DNA of 63,138 nt, the filler included, from Collodictyon triciliatum (taxonomy: Eukaryota): assembly GCA_043381765.1 (NCBI GenBank). It is 13 parts of 13 records of this genome, joined end to end, with 100 filler letters (N's around TTAATTAATTAA, not from the genome) between each part and the next. Parts side by side here need not be neighbours in the genome. Positions count along the whole stretch, not along the records: positions 54,277 to 59,591 come from JBHJMP010005302.1; positions 59,692 to 61,342 come from JBHJMP010005428.1; positions 61,443 to 63,138 come from JBHJMP010005430.1; 10 more parts are not named here. One strand, written 5' to 3'. The first letter of the stretch is position 1. Each line of letters opens with the position of its first letter. Of the stretch, positions 57,118 to 63,138 are shown piece by piece. The position numbers and the translations under genes are program-made. Under the pieces are notes generated by a model. The model was given only the letters and a program-made list of their open reading frames with translations. It was not told the DNA's origin and ran no database searches.

Positions 57118-58693
57118 CCGACTGGCACCCGGTTTTCTGTGACAGTGACCATACATTCCATGTTCACACCCGTTCATGCTCACATACATCCCATCCTACG
57201 GTTCTCTCCCTACTGCTGCGTGATGCACGGAGCCGACTCTCCTCTCGAGAGCTGCATCTGTGCTCTGAGGCGGAGAATCAATCAAGGCTGACGCTCGCTG
57301 CTGCGTCGGTGCCCCACCAGAAACTAATTGATGTAAGACATGTACTCTTACCTCCCGCTTCATCCGCCTTCTTATGCCATTTCATTTGTTTTGCTTCGTA
57401 TCTGTCTCTCTGTCTCTCTGTCTCAGTCTTCAAACAAATTAAAGGGAAAAAAAGAAAGATGCAGCTGAAACAAGAGAAACATACTAGAAAAGCCTGGAGC
57501 ATTCCAGGAGCAAAAATTGTGTGTGTATTTGCCGCAACAGAGATGGACATAAACGAAGAGGTTTATTGGTCGGGTGCGTCGACCATCCAAGAAACCACCT
57601 CTGACGCAGGAATGATGGAGAAGAGGAATGAAAGGGGGCTCCGTGGATGCATCACGAGCGGCCGCTCTTTGTGGTGGATGCAGAGGCCGGTCGCATGTGA
57701 TTGTGATTTTGATTGTGATTGTGATTGTGATTGTGATTGTGATTGTGATTGTGATTGTGATTGTGAATCGGCGGTATTGTCCCCAGACTGCTGCTTGTTG
57801 ACATGCTGGACGACGGCCGAGAGACGGGAATCGTCGTGTTGGATGTGCGCAGGCTGATGGAGCCCTGTGGACATGAAGCGCTCATCGGTATTTGATGGGT
57901 TATTGATATTGAGTGATGGGAGTGATGGGAGTGGAAGGGAGTGGAAGGAACCACCGGGCTATACCATGTTGTCCGGCTCTTGAATCTCATTGCGCCCCTG
58001 GGTTCCGTGAACGAGAGAACGAGGAATGATGAATGGAAGATAACGGCACGTTATATTTTTGGTTCGCGAAATTGCTTCCAAGCGGTGATGTGATGTGATG
58101 TGATGTGATGTGATGTGATGTGATGTGATGTGATGTGATGTGATGAGTGATGTGATGAGTGATGGGATTGCATCTCTACCTTGTAGAGGCGGCCGTCATT
58201 CCCAACAATCGAAAACTGCCTCGTTGGTTGGAGAATTCACTAACGCTAGGATTAATAGAAGAAAAACAAGGAGAAGGCACAAAAAGCTTGGGCAGCAACG
58301 ACAGAGACCTGCTTCACTTGGCCACGAATCTTGGCATACGGAGCTTCATCAAGCTGGAACGATCTCTCCACAGATAATGACATAGCGTTTTGAGTTATCC
58401 TGTGACTCTCCCTGCTCCGGTTGTCTTTTTTTCTTCTTTCCTAAGGATTCTACTGCACCTGTATTGCCCCTGATTCTGTGAGATAATCTGTACAAGCTGC
58501 ACTGCTCACTAGTGAGTGATTGAATGATTCACAACTTCTGCAGTCCACGCACACACTTGTGAATGATGTCATAGCAACTTCTGATCTGCTTCTAGACCAT
58601 CATTTGTAACATATATTCACAAAAAAGTAGTCCGTTGGAACTTTTAATTGGAAAACAATAGGATGAAAAGAAGAAAAGGGATTTTTTTTTATT

Positions 58694-59550
58694 TTAGTGA
58701 GCCGACTCCAGCGAAGTGCCAAAGACCGATGTCAGTGCTGTTTGGAGAAGCGACGATAGCCCGGTTTTCTAGAATGAACACGCGAGTTGGAACAAAGGTG
58801 TCATTAGAACAAAGAAAAGGTAGGGACGTAGTGAGATTCGGCTTTAGTCACCTCTCTAAGTTGCACTGCGATGCCCTCAAACATCCTCTTGTGGGATATG
58901 TTTTTGTCAAAGATATCAGGCCATTCCAGCAGACGGCTCAAGGTAGTTTGCATTTGATTGTTTGTGCCAACGTCGTCTATGCGGCGCGTATGAGTCAAGA
59001 TCAGTTGATTGAAAGAAAACTTTCCAACATAATCTGAAGATTTAGCTTCTCAATTTTGGGCGTTTTGCATGACGCAAGCCATGAGTTCTTCAAAAGACTG
59101 CTACATATGCATGCTTGTAGAATACCTATTCCTGAGAGAAGCAATCCAACAAGGGAATCGTAGAAATTGGGGACATGCAGAATGGAGAAGGACAGCCAAT
59201 GAGGAAGTGGTTCCTTCAAAAAGAAAAGAGAAGAAAAAGAAAAAAGAAAAAAGAAAAAAGAAAAAAGAAAAAAGAAAAAAGAAAAAAGAAAAAAGAAAGA
59301 AAAAAAGAAAAAGAAAAAGAAAAAGAAAAAGAAAAGAAAAAAGAAAACAGGAAACAGGAAACAGGAAACAGGAAACAGGAAACAGAAAACAGGAAAAAGG
59401 AAAAAGGAAGAAGGAAGAAGGAAGAAGGAAGAAGGAAGAAGGAAGAAAAATGAAAAAAATGAAAAAAATGAAAAAAATGAAAAAAGAAAAAAAAGGCGTG
59501 ATTTCAGGAACGCACAGGGATCAAATGCGTGGTCGAGGCTGTGTTCTGTT
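58694..59550 (-). CDS. 3' exons of an unidentified gene
   Basis: Phase-compatible GT-AG exons give EPLPHWLSF..LLLSGI|DDVGTNNQMQTTLSRLLEWPDIF..VQLRE|KTGLSSLLQTALTSVFGTSLESAH*. No family recognised. Confidence 0.45.
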
Positions 59551-59717
59551 CTTCATGAGAAACAGAGGGTGTATTTATTAGACTCGATAATNNNNNNNNN
59601 NNNNNNNNNNNNNNNNNNNNNNNNNNNNNNNNNNNTTAATTAATTAANNNNNNNNNNNNNNNNNNNNNNNNNNNNNNNNNNNNNNNNNNNNTTTGTTTTT
59701 TTTTTTTTTCTTTTTTT

Positions 59718-59772
<55 letters not shown>

Positions 59773-59856
59773 AAGAGGAATGGAATTGTATGTTTGATCT
59801 GTATAAAAAACAGACTATCTTTAAAACACGAGATGATGTATATAACAGAACCCTAC

Positions 59857-61272
59857 AGCAAACTTCGAATGATGCGTGCCATACATGACTGGCAAGAAAG
59901 GGGCATGAAGGCGAACGTTGGGGAAAATGCTCCCAATATGTTTCTGATTCTTTGTTAAATCTTCGTCTCCATGAAGAATGGTTATCTAAACCTCAATTAA
60001 TTATATAATATCATCTCCTCTTAAGAATCATGATCGTATGAACATTTTTAAAAAAAAATATGTAAAAAATAATAATTCGTAGTTCATTCCAATCACCTTT
60101 TCGATATTTCTAAGGTTAGGGGATTCTTTTTGAAAAAGCCAAGGAATATCCACCAAATAAGATGATAGTACCGCTTCCTGAATATTTATCAAAATGCATG
60201 ATATTTGAGGAAGCTGTATTGTCTTAAATTATTGTTGTATAAAATACCCACACGTCCACAAATAAAAATAGACCACTATACAATTGCGAAAAATACTCAC
60301 TTGAATGTGACCCTGTATAATTTGCCTAAGTGATAAGGTATCGCGATTAGCCTCTGTTAACCCCAAGGATATGGTTTTCGTTAGTCGGAATATCAGTGGG
60401 ATATCCTACATTTGCTTTCGTAAACAAAACAAAAATTGCATGCGCTGAAATATATTCTAATACCACCAAAAGGGTATTAAACTTTTTTTTAAAAAAAAAC
60501 CTCTATTTTTAAATTGATGTTAGAGTTATCGTACGGGCAATAACTATTGAGGAATAAGAAAAAAGTGGAAATACGGTATTTCTTACAGAATGGTCTTGAA
60601 TCAGATGCTCTGTGGCTTCAGATTCATGATAGAATACCCATCTATGTTGTTTGGATAGTGAAGGTAAACCCTGCATTCAGATGGAAAAAAAGGTATACTT
60701 TTTCGCCAAGATATGAAATAAATCAAAATGACAAAAATATACTTATGCACGTCAGATTTATCATAGCAGTCTCTATTGTAACGACAAGGTTCCAACTGAC
60801 GAAATACATTTTCTCTACTGAATAAAGACATATTTGGATTGATAAATATTTAAATTCAAATATGATGTTGTATCACATCATATAATTTCCTTATTCAGGA
60901 GTGAGATATATGTCAGTTTTATTCATCAAAATGATGAGATTTTCAAAATAATAAAGTGGGTCAATTGAAGAAACCACTTTGCACAGGACAACAGATGATG
61001 TTTGAAAACACAGCAAAAACAAAAAAAAAAATCCAATTGTTTACCTGATTGCAGGACGCAACCCATCCGATGAACTCTGGTAATGCAAGAACATTCGTTA
61101 TGAGAAAGCAAGTCAAAGACCTTTAATGCAACATACTTCACATAATCGGTCCCATATACGATGTATAAAAAGAAAAATAAGAGGCGAATCTTACAGCTTC
61201 TCCGTCAATTTGTTTAAAAACTTTGGGAGATTTAACTTCTGAGGGCTCTTTGGAATAAGGCCTCTTGCTCAT
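59857..61272 (-). CDS. TDP1: Tyrosyl-DNA phosphodiesterase 1, 5' part, with a PBZ-like zinc finger
   Basis: Spliced IFRLTKT..ANRDTLSLRQIIQGHIQ|EAVLSSYLVDIPWLF..|ITILHG..FPNVRLHAPFLPVMYGTHHSKFA, containing the first HxK catalytic motif. Confidence 0.9.
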
Positions 61273-61320
61273 CTTTTTTTTTTTTTTGCTTCACTTTTGT
61301 CGGGGTGAAATAAGAAAATT

Positions 61321-61342
61321 GGAAGAGCACACGTTTGAACTC
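61321..61342 (+). other. Illumina TruSeq adapter remnant
   Basis: GGAAGAGCACACGTTTGAACTC matches GGAAGAGCACACGTCTGAACTC at 21/22 positions and sits exactly at a contig end. Confidence 0.9.
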
Positions 61343-61486
61343 NNNNNNNNNNNNNNNNNNNNNNNNNNNNNNNNNNNNNNNNNNNNTTAATTAATTAANN
61401 NNNNNNNNNNNNNNNNNNNNNNNNNNNNNNNNNNNNNNNNNNAAAGAAAAACAAAAAGCAACGAGAAAAGAGGGGAGGGGATGGGG

Positions 61487-62880
61487 TGTTCGGGGGGGTG
61501 TTTTGGGTTCTAAGTACACGTCTTTGAACCACAGAGGGCTCTGGAATATCAGATATGGTTGTCATTAACGACTGAGGTGGTAGAGTCTCTAAGAAGTCCA
61601 AAGATACTACTAGAGCAATTTTATTATATCATGGAAAACTCATAAATATTTCCCGTTAATTTAAAATAGAATAAAAGGTTCTGATGATATTATGATTGGA
61701 AAATTATATTGTACCATGAGGACTAGAGCGTTCTTTCATGCTTATATTGTAAAACATAAAGTCTTCCATTAAACAGCAATAGTATGCAAAATTCTCTCCC
61801 AAAATCGTTAGGGAGTCTCCTTTTGTCAAATGTTTTTCTTCGAGCTAAATTTATAAACAATATGAACGAAAATAATAGACGCATATATAATAACAATAAC
61901 AATAACAATAACAATAATGATAATGATAATGATAATGATAATGATAATGATAATGATAATGATAATGATAATGATAATGATAATGATAATTATAATGATA
62001 ATGATAATAATATATCATTGGGAATTTGCAAAAAAAAAGGAAATTTGTAATGCCAAAGTATTTTCATGTAAGCTAGATCAATCACCTTGAAGAAACACCC
62101 AAGCTTGTAAAAAAGCTCTTTTCTAAATATAAACTCATCAAATTCCATTTCATGCTTTGTTTCGTAATAAAGCTGTAAGTGAGTTTCTATCTCCAACAGT
62201 ACAATCCATCCATCTTTTTCGTGAAGACGGAACTGTGACATAGTCAAGAATATTTCCATAATTTCCTCATATATGTTTTCACCTAAGGTAAAAATGGAAA
62301 ATGTCAGCAAATTGTTTAACCTAGATTCATAATAGATCCTCTTTATCAAGATGTTTTACCCATTCGATTGTTCAGCTGCCTTCGGAATCGAAGGAAGTTC
62401 AGCAGTATGAGCTAAGAAAAAATTGCAACAAAATAAAAATAATTACTATGAGTGTTTTACGTCACTAAATTATTATTTACGTTGCACATTCGAGATTACC
62501 TCCCAGCCATTCAATGTCATGAACTGGACTTTATTTTCAGTCTTTTTTTTGAAAATGGAGTGCATATCCTTTAAGAGACGATGTATCAGAGATGGACTCA
62601 AATGTACGATTCTTTCAAAGAGATATTTAATAAGATGGCGATGTTTAATGGTCGGTTGGAATGCAGAATTCTCCACATCAAATCCGACCTCTCCACCGGC
62701 AGGTAATTCCTCTAAGCCAAATGGAAAAGTTTGTAAGCATATTGATATAGCTAATGACAACTATGAACTACATATAATTCACGTTACCTAGGGCAAGCCC
62801 TAAAAGGGAGTTATAAAGAGATTCGTCGAAGGTTTTTGTCCGAATTGTATCGATAAGCACAGAGAACATTTGTAATGTAC
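61487..62880 (-). CDS. Internal exons of an unidentified, probably helical protein
   Basis: Several co-oriented open segments (62473-62760, about 62050-62405, 61723-61845, 61525-61615) are separated by intron-like AT-rich or microsatellite DNA. No motif recognised. Confidence 0.55.
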
Positions 62881-63012
62881 CCAATTTTCCTTTTCGTTTC
62901 ACTTTATTTCAAAACATCAAATTAATAAGATTTGATTCATTCGTTAATGCCCGATATAAATAAATAAAATGCAAAATCACTTAACGATAACCCCCATCTT
63001 GCACAAATAGGA

Positions 63013-63128
<116 letters not shown>

Positions 63129-63138
63129 CATTCAATGA

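Overview
This is not one locus. It is 13 unlinked contigs, mostly about 5.3 kb and roughly length-sorted, joined by artificial 100-nt N44-TTAATTAATTAA-N44 linkers. They come from an intron-rich, microsatellite-rich eukaryote using the standard code, probably a flagellated protist; the taxon cannot be determined from the sequence. All gene models were spliced by hand and many are partial. Recognisable genes: two LRR proteins, INPP5E, a GMC oxidoreductase ending in SKL, a RING-H2 E3, a NIPA transporter, focadhesin/RST1, UBA3, a cyclin-box protein, MOB4/phocein, RAD51, a P4-ATPase exon, an IPT/TIG-REJ surface protein, an AAC4-like protein with a PAM2 motif, a PMR1/SPCA Ca2+/Mn2+-ATPase, RPL31, a CTD small phosphatase and TDP1. 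The most unusual signal is a family of 24-31 bp retroposed insertions, TTTGAATCGAATAAAGG(G)-poly(A). Four copies on four contigs carry target-site duplications (two perfect, 16-17 bp; two imperfect) and share almost the same 5' end. The same sequence is the 3' terminus of a decayed LINE-like copy at 9384-9827. Also notable are a head-to-head pair of diverged paralogous small secreted proteins, an intronless 1060-aa membrane protein with an internal duplication, and a ubiquitin-like+kinase pseudogene. No database searches were run; family names come from motif recognition.
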